Positions 16,365-26,971 of a stretch of 40,660 nucleotides of DNA are shown here, in pieces. Under the pieces are notes generated by a model. It did no database searches. It was not told the origin of the DNA and was given only the letters and a program-made list of their open reading frames with translations. Each line of letters begins with the position of its first letter. Within the stretch, counting starts at the first letter, position 1. The DNA is from a virus (taxonomy: Duplodnaviria > Caudoviricetes): positions 1 to 40,660 of the IMG/VR virus record IMGVR_UViG_3300048851_000036; one strand, given 5' to 3'. The translations under genes were made by a program, and so were the position numbers.

Positions 16365-16515
16365 CGGTCTGCAACAGCTGCAATGAGCCCATCGACCGGT
16401 CCGACCTACTCGCCGGCATCTGGGTACACCGACAGTTCGGAAACCTCTACTGCCGCAGCAACTCCAGCCAGATGGCTATCCCGCATGTCAACAGCAACGA
16501 ACGGAAGGCAGCATC

Positions 16516-16890
16516 GTGAACGACGTCGCTACGGAATGGACGCGAGTGGGCAACGTCGAGATCTTCCGCGAACGCGTGTACCCAATCGACCCAGACGGTG
16601 TGTGTGGCGCCGGCACGGATATTTTCGTCAGTCCCGGCACATATCCCTTGTACCGCAAGGGCGATGCGTACTGCTGGCTCATGACCGGCCGAGTCAATGA
16701 GCGGATCGAGAAGGTCGGCGACGGGCTGTTCTTGCTCAACCAGGGCGACCGCGGTACCGGACTTGAAGTGCAGTTCCCGTCGCGGACGTTCGGTCCCGAG
16801 CAATTCGCAGACCTGATGTCGGACCCTGGTGTGCAACCGGGGCCGGAGCGGCGATTGGAATTCACGATCCACACGGAGGACATCAAGTGA
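16516..16890 (+). CDS. Hypothetical protein
   Basis: GTGA coupling at both ends. Confidence 0.6.
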   Translation: MNDVATEWTRVGNVEIFRERVYPIDPDGVCGAGTDIFVSPGTYPLYRKGDAYCWLMTGRVNERIEKVGDGLFLLNQGDRGTGLEVQFPSRTFGPEQFADLMSDPGVQPGPERRLEFTIHTEDIK

Positions 16891-17546
16891 CCACACGTGT
16901 CCCGAAACCAAAACGCAAAGTCACCGCCAACAAACTCAGGCAAAACCTGTACTGGCTCAGCCAAGACTGGATCCACCTCTCACGCACACTCCCCACACCA
17001 GCCAGCCCCGAAGGACGCCAATCCAACACCCGCGCCTACGGACACCCCGCCGAATGGGCATCCGACCAATGCGCCAAAATCGCTGACCTCATGTGGAATT
17101 GGCATGACCTCGTCGCCGACCGCAGAGGCGACACCCCACCAGCGCCACCAGTCCTCCATGGCAGACGTGTACGCCGGGAACAAGACGTCATTGTCGCCGC
17201 CTGGCGATACCTCGAACCCCGCCTCGAAGACATACTCGCCGAGACCATTCCCTTCCCCCAACTTCACGTCCCATACCGCTGGGAATGGGCCATCGACGAC
17301 GAAGCATTCCAAGAGATCTTCGACCTCCACCGTCACATCCGAAACCGCACCGGCCAATCCCACGCCAAGATGATCCTCCCTATGCCATGCCCCAACCTCG
17401 ACTGCGGAATGCTCGCCCTCGTCCGAGCACAGGGCATGGGCCAAGACTTCGTTATCTGCGGGGCATGCGGATATACCGTCCCCGATCGCCACTACCGATT
17501 CCTCGTTGACGTCCTACTCGACACGCTGACGCAAGGTGCAGCATGA
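16887..17546 (+). CDS. Zn-ribbon protein, possible late-gene regulator
   Basis: C-terminal CPNLDC...CGACG; last gene before the promoter/terminator at 17543-17629. Confidence 0.6.
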   Translation: MTTRVPKPKRKVTANKLRQNLYWLSQDWIHLSRTLPTPASPEGRQSNTRAYGHPAEWASDQCAKIADLMWNWHDLVADRRGDTPPAPPVLHGRRVRREQDVIVAAWRYLEPRLEDILAETIPFPQLHVPYRWEWAIDDEAFQEIFDLHRHIRNRTGQSHAKMILPMPCPNLDCGMLALVRAQGMGQDFVICGACGYTVPDRHYRFLVDVLLDTLTQGAA

Positions 17547-17629
17547 CAAACGTTCCTGTTACCCGTAACATGAACGCAGCGGTAGACCTATGCCCGGAAC
17601 CCCCGACTGCCAACGCGGTGCGGGGGTTT
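17543..17629 (+). promoter_or_regulatory. Sigma70-like promoter with palindromic operator, followed by a terminator-like hairpin
   Basis: ATGACA-17 nt-TAACAT; TGTTAC-cc-GTAACA palindrome at 17557-17570; AACCCCCG...CGGGGGTT-T hairpin at 17598-17629. Confidence 0.5.
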
Positions 17630-17653
17630 CGTCGTCTGGAGGCAACGGCCACA

Positions 17654-17899
17654 ATGCACACAGCAGTACTCGCTCCCGAAGGTGTCGATTCACTTGTCCT
17701 GGCCAGTGAAGCTGCCGGCTTGTGTGGTGTCGCTGAAGTCACCATCCGACGCTGGGCACACCGCGGATACATCGACCGCACCGGCACCCGGCACACCCTC
17801 GCAGTGTCGGGTAAAGACACACGCGGGCGAAATCTGTACCGGCTACTCGACGTCGCGAAAGCCGAACGCGCAACACGCGAACGAGCACGACGCAACTGA
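17654..17899 (+). CDS. MerR-like HTH DNA-binding protein
   Basis: LVLASEAAGLCGVAEVTIRRWAHRG...GRNLYRLLDV..AE; GGAGG RBS. Confidence 0.75.
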   Translation: MHTAVLAPEGVDSLVLASEAAGLCGVAEVTIRRWAHRGYIDRTGTRHTLAVSGKDTRGRNLYRLLDVAKAERATRERARRN

Positions 17900-18484
17900 A
17901 CGTGTCTCTGACGCCAGCCAGCGCAGAGACCGCCGCTACAGCGGCATCAACCCAGTCGGCGCCTGGGCATCAACGCCGAACAACCACTCCCCTCGTGGAG
18001 GAACTCATGGCACCCGAACTTCAAGTCCTCACCATCCTCGACCTGCTATATGACGCGCAACGAGCGGCCGAGGAAGACGGCATCACTGATGTGGAGTGGG
18101 AGGTTCGGCGTCGTCGGGTTGGGATCCTGGAAGCCGAGCTCGAACGGATGAGGACAGCATGAGACTTCCACTGTGGGCTGAAAGCAAGGACGGTCGGACG
18201 GTCGATCTGGCAACGTGCAAGAACTGCGGCCAGGTGAAGCTCTTGTCCAACCCATGTGGCTTCGACCACCTTGCTGCACTGATCGAGTTCAAGGCGACGG
18301 CAGTATGAGCGTTGAGTGGCAAGGTGACTGCGGAGACGTGGTAGCAGCTCTGATGCCTTCAGTCGTTGAACGACACGTGCTATCGCCGACGAAACCACCG
18401 ATCAGGGTGAGAGTCTTCGCCAAGGATGTCGTTGACATGTGGAGCGCTGGGCACCGCGACCCGAGTATGGGTTGAGGGACTGCG

Positions 18485-18787
18485 ATGGGTGATCCGCTCA
18501 AGTCGCGCATCACTCTCCTGGCAACAGGGAAGGCTCGGTGGGTGAATGATAAGACTGGCGTCGTCTCCATCACTCACGAGGCATGGCATACGCGGTGGAA
18601 GTTGGCTGGCCCTCGGGTCTATAGCTGGTGGTGGGTGAAACGGTGGGGCCGCCTCGACTGCGGTTGTACCCGTAACCCTTTGACGCGACGCATGGTCCTT
18701 ATCAACTCATCGTGCGTCCTCCACATGGGATTCGACATGTGGGCTGATGAGATCGACGGGACTGACGATGGCGGTAACGATGGGTGA
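18485..18787 (+). CDS. Hypothetical protein
   Basis: GAGG RBS; within a cluster of small ORFs at 18000-19280. Confidence 0.45.
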   Translation: MGDPLKSRITLLATGKARWVNDKTGVVSITHEAWHTRWKLAGPRVYSWWWVKRWGRLDCGCTRNPLTRRMVLINSSCVLHMGFDMWADEIDGTDDGGNDG

Positions 18788-19268
18788 CAAGGCCGAACGC
18801 ATCGCCGAACTCGAAGCGCGGCTCGACGCTCAAGCCCTCGAACTCGAACGCATCAACAAACGGCTCGAGCAACTGGAACAAGGCGCAAGGGTTGATAGCG
18901 GCAGATCAAGGCAGGAGGGTTGACGATGAGTGAGTACGTCCTCCGCGGCAATGAGGCGCCCGTCGACCTGGACCTAGTGGACGTGGGGGCGTGGTAGATC
19001 TCGGCGTGGGATCCCGCATCACGTCAGGGTTTAACGAACCGACCATTGCCTACTTACCCGTCGTGATCCGATCACTCCGGACACTTCAGGTTGAGGCGCT
19101 CGAGCGCGACCCCGATGCCTGAGTACGCGAACGGTGGCATCATCCCGCCCGAGGATCTTGAGTCCATTGACTCCATCCTCACCAGGGCGACAGGTTGCAC
19201 ATACCTACGTCACGTTAAGACCAGTGGCGCCGAACTACTCAAGGCCATCAACGCACAAGCAGTCAGCG

Positions 19269-19502
19269 ATGGCGAATAGTCCAGGCGTTGGAGCCTCCGC
19301 AGAACTCAACCAGTACTGGACAGTTGGCGAGGGCAGAGCTAAGTGGGCAGGCTCAGCCAAGCCTTACACGACACTGCTCACCCTCCTCACCAAGTACATG
19401 CCCAAGCGCAAGGCAGAAGGCTTAGCAGCAAGCTACTTCCACATCGTGTTCGGCTACTGGCCCGGAGATCGCAAGGGAACCAACCCAACTGGACCAGGCT
19501 GA
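19269..19502 (+). CDS. Conserved small phage protein
   Basis: LNQYWTVGEGRAKW...YMP...GLAA..F..VFGYWPG; TGATG coupling to the HNH gene. Confidence 0.65.
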   Translation: MANSPGVGASAELNQYWTVGEGRAKWAGSAKPYTTLLTLLTKYMPKRKAEGLAASYFHIVFGYWPGDRKGTNPTGPG

Positions 19503-19816
19503 TGGCCTGGGACGAACGCACCACATCCAGTAGGGTGACAGGCACGAGAGCGTGGACTCAGCTCCGACTCAAGGTCCTTGAACGAGACAATTATGAATGT
19601 CAAATAAAAGGTTCAAATTGTTTTGGTTCAGCAAATCAAGTCGACCACAAACGCAACACACAAGCCGGTGGAACAAACGCCGCTGACAATCTCCAAGCAG
19701 CCTGCGCCGCATGCAATACACGCAAAGCCCAACAGGAGAGCGTCACAGCACGCACCAACAACCGCCGGCAAGCACAACACCCCGGAACATACGAGCGCCC
19801 ACCCGGCGCCCTCTGA
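19502..19816 (+). CDS. Terminase-associated HNH endonuclease
   Basis: W..LR..VLERD.Y.CQ...C...A.QVDH...NLQAACAACN.RK; directly upstream of terS. Confidence 0.88.
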   Translation: MAWDERTTSSRVTGTRAWTQLRLKVLERDNYECQIKGSNCFGSANQVDHKRNTQAGGTNAADNLQAACAACNTRKAQQESVTARTNNRRQAQHPGTYERPPGAL

Positions 19817-19932
19817 CCCCCAAGGCCTCCACCCCTCCCCCCGGATTCCAATCGGAAGCCGCAACGTACTGGCGCTGCCGCTCGGTACGGGTCTGGATGC
19901 CTCTCGAGACCCTGAAGGAAGGTGATTTGCTG

Positions 19933-20394
19933 ATGGCTGGCAAGGGACCTCGCCCGAAGGGTAATGCGATCCGGCGCAATGCCGACCCTGTGGGATTGCG
20001 GGTGTATACCGCCGAACCGGTGGCGCAGCCGGATCTTCCCGAGTTTGATGTGCGGATCGAGATCGATGACGTCATGGTGTCGCAGGAGTTCGAGTGGCCT
20101 GATGCGACTCGTCGGTGGTGGAAGACGTGGGGCGACGAGCCGATGGCCGAGGACTTCACTGCGACCGATTGGGATTTTCTTCTCGACACAGCGTTGCTTC
20201 ACGCGAAGGTGTGGGGTCATGGCGATCTGAAGTTGTTGCCCGAGTTGCGTCTTCGTGTCGCGAAGATGGGTGCGACTGGCGAGGATCGGGCGCGTTTGCG
20301 GATTACGTATGCCGCGGCCAACGAGGCGGAGAAGAAGAATCGCCCGCCGGGTGGTTCGGCTCGTGACCGCCGGGGTCCGCTGAAAGCGGTCTAG
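19933..20394 (+). CDS. Terminase small subunit
   Basis: MAGKGPRPK...RRN...W..W...TDW.FL.DTA.LH...ELRLR.AK.GAT.EDRARLRI. Confidence 0.85.
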   Translation: MAGKGPRPKGNAIRRNADPVGLRVYTAEPVAQPDLPEFDVRIEIDDVMVSQEFEWPDATRRWWKTWGDEPMAEDFTATDWDFLLDTALLHAKVWGHGDLKLLPELRLRVAKMGATGEDRARLRITYAAANEAEKKNRPPGGSARDRRGPLKAV

Positions 20395-22070
20395 TGCCGT
20401 GGAAGCCTTCGGAGCCGAATGAGGTTCCGACTCTTGGTTGGTACGTTCTCGATTGGATGACCGAGTATCTTGCTCGGCCGGCGGTTGAGGAGTATGAGCC
20501 GTTTATCCCATACCGCGAGCAAGAGGACTTCATCCTCCGCTGGTATGAGATCGATCCTCTTACGGGACGGTTCCGGTACGGCCGGTCTCTCTTGGGAAGG
20601 CCACGTGGCTGGGGCAAATCACCACTGCTTGGCGGCCTTTGCATCGTCGAGGGCATGGCGGATGTGCTGTTCGACGGCTGGGATGCTGACGGTCAGCCGG
20701 TCGGCAAGCCTTGGTCGACGGTTCGGACTCCGCTCGTGCATGTTGCTGCGGTGTCTGAGGATCAGACGAGCAACACGTGGCAGCCGATGATGGAGATGCT
20801 CCGTGAGGAAGCACCCCTGCATGACACATACAGGGGCGTGGAGCCTTTCGACACGGTTGTGAACTTGCCCCGCGGGAAAATCGAGAAGCGAACGAGTTCG
20901 GGGCGGACTGTGAAGGGCGCACCTACCACCTTCGCGGTTCTAGATCAGACCGAGGAGTGGGTGCCGTCGAACGGCGGGCCGGCCTTGGCGCAGAAGATCC
21001 GCACGAACACCGCGAAGAACGGTGGCCGGACGATTGAATCTCCGAATGCCTATATTCCTGGTGATGGATCGGTGGCTGAGCGGTCTGCTGAGACTGCGGT
21101 CGCGGCGGCGGAGGGTCGGACACGGATTGAGCAGCCGATTCTGTGGGATCACCGTGAATCGCCTCCTGATACTGACCTGACGGATCGTGACTCGCTCATT
21201 GCGGCGTTGCGGGTGTCGTACGGGGATTCGTCAGGGCATCCAGACGGGTGTGTGATCCACGACCCGCCGTGTGCCCCAGGGCATGTTGATCTCGAGGCGC
21301 AGATTGCGATCATCTGGGATCCAGCAACGGATGTTCAGACGGCTCGATCGGACTACCTGAACCAGATCACGTTCGCGACTAATTCGTGGCTGTCGGAACC
21401 GGAGTGGCGTGGCTGTAAGGCCGAGGATGAAGTTGTCACTCCCCGAGACGCGGTCACCCTTGGGTTCGACGGCTCGCGTGGTCGGGCGAAAGGCAAGCCT
21501 GATGCTTCGGCGCTCATTGGGTGTCGGGTGAAAGATGGCCATCTCTTCAAGATTGCCGTGTGGGAAGCCGACGAGGATCCGCGGTCGTGGGAGTCGTGGG
21601 AGGCGCCCGTCGAAGACATCAGCAGCACTGTTGCCGATGCGTTCAAGCGCTACAACGTGGTTGGCTTCTACGCAGATCCCGGCAAGGACTGGCGCTCCCA
21701 TATCAACGAGTGGGAAGCGAAGTACTCGAGCAAAGTCAAGGTGAAGGGCACCGCCGCTCACCCGTTTGAGTGGTGGATGACGGGCGGTCGCTCGGGGCTG
21801 GTGCAACGAGCCATCGAGCAGATGGAATCGGCCGTCCGCAACCAAGATTTGACCCATGACGGGTCACTCGCCTTGACGCGACACGTACTGAATGCCCGAC
21901 GCAGGTTCACTCGCGACAAGTTGTCTCTCTCAAAGGAAAACGACTACTCAGCCAGGAAGATCGATGCGGCCGTTGCTGCAGTCCTGGCATTCCAATGCCG
22001 ACTTGATGCCCTATCCGCTGGTGCGGGACCAAAGAAACGCAAGCGGGCCACGATCCAGAGAGTGAGGTGA
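20394..22070 (+). CDS. Terminase large subunit
   Basis: Walker A RPRGWGKS, AVLDQTE, nuclease LGFDGS, C-terminal KIDAAVA. Confidence 0.95.
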   Translation: MPWKPSEPNEVPTLGWYVLDWMTEYLARPAVEEYEPFIPYREQEDFILRWYEIDPLTGRFRYGRSLLGRPRGWGKSPLLGGLCIVEGMADVLFDGWDADGQPVGKPWSTVRTPLVHVAAVSEDQTSNTWQPMMEMLREEAPLHDTYRGVEPFDTVVNLPRGKIEKRTSSGRTVKGAPTTFAVLDQTEEWVPSNGGPALAQKIRTNTAKNGGRTIESPNAYIPGDGSVAERSAETAVAAAEGRTRIEQPILWDHRESPPDTDLTDRDSLIAALRVSYGDSSGHPDGCVIHDPPCAPGHVDLEAQIAIIWDPATDVQTARSDYLNQITFATNSWLSEPEWRGCKAEDEVVTPRDAVTLGFDGSRGRAKGKPDASALIGCRVKDGHLFKIAVWEADEDPRSWESWEAPVEDISSTVADAFKRYNVVGFYADPGKDWRSHINEWEAKYSSKVKVKGTAAHPFEWWMTGGRSGLVQRAIEQMESAVRNQDLTHDGSLALTRHVLNARRRFTRDKLSLSKENDYSARKIDAAVAAVLAFQCRLDALSAGAGPKKRKRATIQRVR

Positions 22071-23452
22071 CCGTGTACGACGATCTGACGCCGTCTGACT
22101 GGTTTGACCTCCTCGACGCAAGGTTTACTGCTCGAACCCATGAGGTGTGGCAGGACGGGCGACCGTTCGCCACGGACCATCTGTTGCCGCGGCACAAGGC
22201 GCTGGATCGGTTGTGGTCGTACTACGTTGGCGATCCTCCTCTGCCTGATGTTGCAGAGAAGTACCGTGAGATCTTTCGCGAGGAGATGCGGAAGGCGCGC
22301 TGCAACTACGCCCCGATGTGTGTGGGCGCGATGCTCGATCGCATGGAGTTGCAGGCAGTTTCGACCGCCCAGGATGAAGACACGAACGGTGACGACCTTG
22401 CCGCCGACATCATGGATGAGTCCGGGTTCGCGGCCCAGTTCAAGGATTGCCTCGCGTACATGTTCGGCATGGGCGAGGGCTTTGCGATGGTTATCCCCGG
22501 CGATCCGCTGCCTTCGATCTACGCGATTGATCCGCGGCGGTGCGTTGGAATCCCGGATCCGCAGAACCCGGTTCGGCTTCAGGCCGCGCTGGTCAAAGAG
22601 TTTGACCCCATCCGTCAAGTGCAACGTGCTTACCTGTTCCTCCCCGGCGAGAAATGGGAACTGGAGATGGGGTCAATCAATCAGTGGCAGTTGACTTCAA
22701 CTACCGCTGAGCCGGTCACGGGGATTGACCATCTCGGCGGTGTGCCGATCGTGCGGTTTGAGAACGCCAATGGGCTGGGCGAGTACGAGCCTCATGTTGA
22801 CCTGTTGGATCGGATCAACGACACAACCCTGCAGCGGATGGTGCTCACGAAATACCAGTCGTTCCGGCAGCGCGCAGTCATTCTCGAAGATGACGGTGAC
22901 GACAATGGGGACGAGGAAGAACCGCCGAATCTTGACATGGACGGCCTGTCAGCGGATCCGGGCTCGCTGTGGGTGTTGCGGGGTGCGAAGTTCTGGGAGT
23001 CGAATCAGGCTGACCTGACCCCGATCATCACCGCAAAGCGTGACGATGTGAAGGAGTTCGCGGCCGTCACGTCGACACCGCTGCACCTCATCACGCCGGA
23101 CGCTGCGAACGGCTCTGCGGAGGGCGCTGGTCTGATGCGCGAGTCCGCAACGTCGAAAATCCGCGATCGTCGCGCGCGTGTGACACCACCGTTGAAGCTG
23201 CTGTGGCGCATCGCTTTTTCCTTCGCGAACGCACCTGAACGTTCACGGGTTCGGCTGCACTGGGGTCCGATCGAGTTCCGTTCGCTGGCCGAGAAGGGTT
23301 CGGCCACCGCGCAGTCCGGAACCGCATTGTCGCTTGAGCGGACGTTGACGGACATCTGGGAGCTTTCACCTCAGGAGGCGGCGTTGGTGATTCGCCAGCG
23401 AACAGCGGACGGGTTGATGAACGTGGGTCGAAGTGACGGCACCGCAGCCTGA
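22067..23452 (+). CDS. Portal protein
   Basis: Follows terL; VPIVRFEN..GLGEYEPH..L.DRIN and ANGSAEG motifs. Confidence 0.92.
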   Translation: MTVYDDLTPSDWFDLLDARFTARTHEVWQDGRPFATDHLLPRHKALDRLWSYYVGDPPLPDVAEKYREIFREEMRKARCNYAPMCVGAMLDRMELQAVSTAQDEDTNGDDLAADIMDESGFAAQFKDCLAYMFGMGEGFAMVIPGDPLPSIYAIDPRRCVGIPDPQNPVRLQAALVKEFDPIRQVQRAYLFLPGEKWELEMGSINQWQLTSTTAEPVTGIDHLGGVPIVRFENANGLGEYEPHVDLLDRINDTTLQRMVLTKYQSFRQRAVILEDDGDDNGDEEEPPNLDMDGLSADPGSLWVLRGAKFWESNQADLTPIITAKRDDVKEFAAVTSTPLHLITPDAANGSAEGAGLMRESATSKIRDRRARVTPPLKLLWRIAFSFANAPERSRVRLHWGPIEFRSLAEKGSATAQSGTALSLERTLTDIWELSPQEAALVIRQRTADGLMNVGRSDGTAA

Positions 23453-24485
23453 TTACCAGACTGCGTTGGCAGTCGCTGCAGCCCAATTGGCGGCGGCGCA
23501 GGATCCGGAGCGGTACGCGCAGAATGTGGTCGCGACAGCCTCGGAGAACATGATTGTTGTCCGGGAGCAGTCGTTTACGTGGGCATCTCGACGTATCCAG
23601 CGGATGTGGTCCCAGGTAGACCCTTACGACGGGCGTGCGGTGCAGAACTTCACCGAGCAGTCCGCCGAGACTATGCGTCTGGCGCAATCAGCGACCGCTC
23701 GAGCAGCAGCAGCGGCACAGGTCCAGCAGCTCGACGCAGTCGGGGTGAAGGTGGATGCGGTTCCGTCCGATCCGCTCGACATTCGGGCGCCGAAAGTTCG
23801 GATTGCCGGTGGCGCTGTTGAGCTAATTCGTAAGGACACCGCCGTCGACTACACGCCGGAACCCTCGACGGATACGCCGAACCCCAAGCGTTCTCGAGTG
23901 ACTGTGACAGTGCGGGAGTACTCCACCACGGAGATCTTCAACCGGCCAGCTCGCGACTATCGATACAACATGAGCCAAGGGTTGACTCCCGATCAGGCCA
24001 TGCAGACATCCGTGGAGCGCATCGACGGACTTATCGATGACAACCTGATGCTTGCGCAGCGACTTGCTGAAGCTGAAGCTCTAGCTCAGGCAGCCAATCT
24101 CGACCGGCGGGTGATCGGGTATCGGCGAGTCATTCACCCTGAGCAGTCCCGCGGCGGGTCATGTGGCATGTGTATTGCCGCATCGGATCGGGTGTACAAG
24201 GTGCGAGAGTTGAAGCCGATCCACGGGCGATGCAACTGCACGGTCGCTGCGGTGACGAAGGACTTCGATCCCGGCGATCTCGTGAACGCGGTCGACCTGT
24301 CGGCGCTCTATGGAGATGCGCAGGGCAATCAAGCCGCTGAGTTGAAACGCACTCGCTATCAAGTGGATGAGCATGGCGAACTCGGCGCCGTACTCGTCCC
24401 GACAGCCGCATACAGGCCGCGTTCTCCTCGCGCCAAAGGCCGCGCCACCAAGGCGCGCACAAAGACTTCCGCTACCCGCGGTTGA
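23433..24485 (+). CDS. MuF-like minor head / capsid maturation protein
   Basis: GYRRV...CGMC...PIH.RC.C.V; located between portal and scaffold. Confidence 0.75.
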   Translation: MTAPQPDYQTALAVAAAQLAAAQDPERYAQNVVATASENMIVVREQSFTWASRRIQRMWSQVDPYDGRAVQNFTEQSAETMRLAQSATARAAAAAQVQQLDAVGVKVDAVPSDPLDIRAPKVRIAGGAVELIRKDTAVDYTPEPSTDTPNPKRSRVTVTVREYSTTEIFNRPARDYRYNMSQGLTPDQAMQTSVERIDGLIDDNLMLAQRLAEAEALAQAANLDRRVIGYRRVIHPEQSRGGSCGMCIAASDRVYKVRELKPIHGRCNCTVAAVTKDFDPGDLVNAVDLSALYGDAQGNQAAELKRTRYQVDEHGELGAVLVPTAAYRPRSPRAKGRATKARTKTSATRG

Positions 24486-24491
24486 CCCGAC

Positions 24492-25205
24492 ATGGGTTTT
24501 GTTCCCGACATGGGAGAAGAAGTGACCGTACTACCTTTTCATCCGATCACGGGCCTTCAGGCCATCGGTTTCGCCGGATCCAAGCCAGTGTGGCCCGTCA
24601 TGGGCGGCGCACCAGATCCTAACGACTCCGACGAGCCAGCCAACAACAACCCCGACGACGACAAGTCCGACAAGGGTTTCCCGGCCGACACCCCCATCGC
24701 GGAGATGACAGTCGAACAACAGCTCGCGTACTTCAAGCATCACGACCGCAAGAAGGCCGACACACTCAGGGCGTTCAAGGGACTCACCCCTGAGCAAGCT
24801 GAGCAACAGGCAGCCGAGTTGGAGGCGTTGCGGAAGTCGAAACTGTCGGCCGACGAACTGGCTGTGGAGGAAGCCCGCAAGCAAGCGGAATCCGCCGCAG
24901 CATCGGAGGCTACCGGCAAGTGGGCACCCCGCCTACTCAAAGCGGTTGCCGGCAGGTTCATCACGGATGAGAAGCAACTCAACTCGTTCCTCGCCATCAC
25001 GGATGCAAAAGCGTTCATCAAGGACGGCGAGTTCGACGACGAAGCGGTGGTAGGTCACCTCACCGGACTCTTCGGCGAAGGCCGGGGAACTGGGCAGCAA
25101 CAGTCCCGTCAGTGGGGCCAATCCGGGTCACGCCCGCCGGCCAAGTCGGCACGTGAGCAAGGACTAGCCGAGGCAAAACGTCGCGGCCACATCAAAGACG
25201 ATTGA
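24492..25205 (+). CDS. Capsid scaffolding protein (start uncertain)
   Basis: Acidic/helical composition; position before decoration and capsid genes. Confidence 0.75.
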   Translation: MGFVPDMGEEVTVLPFHPITGLQAIGFAGSKPVWPVMGGAPDPNDSDEPANNNPDDDKSDKGFPADTPIAEMTVEQQLAYFKHHDRKKADTLRAFKGLTPEQAEQQAAELEALRKSKLSADELAVEEARKQAESAAASEATGKWAPRLLKAVAGRFITDEKQLNSFLAITDAKAFIKDGEFDDEAVVGHLTGLFGEGRGTGQQQSRQWGQSGSRPPAKSAREQGLAEAKRRGHIKDD

Positions 25206-25216
25206 AGGAGTAAACG

Positions 25217-25621
25217 ATGTCGACTGACATCTCAGTACGCTCCGGCTCATACCAGGTCGAGGACCGTTCGTGGCTCGTGGGAACCCACGGCGTCGATGCA
25301 ACACCTGGTGTCACGCTGGACATCTCGAAGTTCACGAAGAACACCCACTACCCGAACGGGTTCATCCCGTCAGGCACCGCAATCGGCAAGGTCACCGCGA
25401 CCGGGCTGTACGGCCCGTACAGCAACGCTGCGTCGGATGGCACTGAAACGTGCGCCGGGATCCTGTTCTCGTCGGTGCGTGCGATCGACACGGCAACCGG
25501 CACTGCGCTGGCCAAGGTCGGTGGCGCACGCTTCGTCCATGGTGTTGTCAACACCGCCAAACTCCCCGCGACTGTGGATGCGAACGGCAAAGCCGACCTT
25601 CCGCTCATCGTGTGGCTCTGA
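25217..25621 (+). CDS. Head decoration protein
   Basis: G.IPSGT.IGKVTATGLYGPY...ASDG...AGIL. Confidence 0.8.
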   Translation: MSTDISVRSGSYQVEDRSWLVGTHGVDATPGVTLDISKFTKNTHYPNGFIPSGTAIGKVTATGLYGPYSNAASDGTETCAGILFSSVRAIDTATGTALAKVGGARFVHGVVNTAKLPATVDANGKADLPLIVWL

Positions 25622-25634
25622 GAGGACCTGAATC

Positions 25635-26678
25635 ATGGCAATCGTATTCGATGGTCCGATCTCGCCGGACGCTCTGACCACTTTCGTTCGCACTGTTCCG
25701 GTGCCGTCGAGCAACGCTCTTGAGCAGTTGTTCCCGACTCGGTTCTTCGACTCCAATCGGGTCGACTGGGCGGAACTGACCAAGACCAACCGCACGGCCC
25801 AGTACCGGTCGTTCGACGGCACCATTCACGTGTCGCAGCGTGACGCCGGCTCGGGCAAGTACGTTGAGCTGGCGCCGTTCTCCGACTCGCTGAACAAGGG
25901 CGAGTACGAGCGGATCGCACAGGAAGTCGCCCGTCTGGGTGGTACCAACAAGGAGATCCAGGCGCAGGCTGCCTACAACGATGCCGAACGGCTCGTCGGC
26001 ACCATGCACAACCGCGTCGAGCTGGCGTGGGGTGACGTCCTTACCGATGGCAAGCTCACCATCAACGAGGGTGGCCTGAACTCGGAAGCGGACTACGGCG
26101 TTCCCGCCAACCAGATCACCGCGCCCGCGGGCGCACTGTGGACTTCTGCCAATCAGGCCACGGCGGTTCCACTCACCGACCTGGAGGCGCAGCAACAGAT
26201 TCGGATTGCAAACGGCAACGGCAAGGCCGCCCGCGCATTGGCGTCGCGAGCGACGGTGAGCACCCTCCGTAAGAGCAAGGAGGTCATCGACGCAGTGTAT
26301 GGGTCGACTCAGGGTCGCACCTCGGTCAGCCTGGCGGAACTGAACGCCCTGTTGTCCGGTGAGGAACTGCCGACGTTCGAGACCTACGACGGCACCCTGA
26401 ACGTCGAAGGCTCGGTCACCCGCGTCCTCGCCACCGACAAAGTGATCCTGCTGCCCGAAGACATCAGCTCGCTGGGCTTCATGGCATACGGACTGTCGGC
26501 AACCGCCCTCGAACTCGTCAACTCCGGCCAGTCGGAACTGTCATTCAGTGATGGCCCCGGCATCGTCGGCGTCGTGGAGAAGGTTGGGCCTCCGTACCGC
26601 GAATTCACCTTCGTGGATGCGGTGGGCATGCCGATCCTCTCGAACGCCGGCCTCCTGTCGGTGTTGGACGTGGCCTGA
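25635..26678 (+). CDS. Major capsid protein (lambda E-like)
   Basis: 347 aa; R.ELAWG.VL.DGK..I.E; position in the head module. Confidence 0.9.
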   Translation: MAIVFDGPISPDALTTFVRTVPVPSSNALEQLFPTRFFDSNRVDWAELTKTNRTAQYRSFDGTIHVSQRDAGSGKYVELAPFSDSLNKGEYERIAQEVARLGGTNKEIQAQAAYNDAERLVGTMHNRVELAWGDVLTDGKLTINEGGLNSEADYGVPANQITAPAGALWTSANQATAVPLTDLEAQQQIRIANGNGKAARALASRATVSTLRKSKEVIDAVYGSTQGRTSVSLAELNALLSGEELPTFETYDGTLNVEGSVTRVLATDKVILLPEDISSLGFMAYGLSATALELVNSGQSELSFSDGPGIVGVVEKVGPPYREFTFVDAVGMPILSNAGLLSVLDVA

Positions 26679-26971
26679 TGCCTTCGCTCATCATCCACGT
26701 CTCGCTGTTTGATGAGTCCGGGACCGTCCATAGCTTCGGCCCAGGCGATTCGGTGCCCGAGTGGGCGCGTAAGCGGATCACCAATCCGCAAGTGTGGGAT
26801 GAGACGCCTGTGGTGGAGGAGTCTTCGGACGGACCTCCACCACAGGGTGGGCCGGGTGGCTCCCGTCAGGCCTGGGCCGATTACGCCGCCAGCAAAAAGG
26901 TGGCGGTCCAGGACGACTGGAAGCGTGATGACATCATCGAGGCCTGCGAGAAGGCTGGAGTCGAGGTCTGA
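26678..26971 (+). CDS. Small head-associated protein
   Basis: GPGD.VPEWA...ITNP.VW; C-terminal W.DYA...RDDII. Confidence 0.7.
   Translation: MPSLIIHVSLFDESGTVHSFGPGDSVPEWARKRITNPQVWDETPVVEESSDGPPPQGGPGGSRQAWADYAASKKVAVQDDWKRDDIIEACEKAGVEV

Noticed and set aside
18920-19110. Possible ncRNA in the ORF-poor gap before the packaging module
   Set aside because: Only weak, interrupted stems and no recognisable tRNA or known RNA motif.
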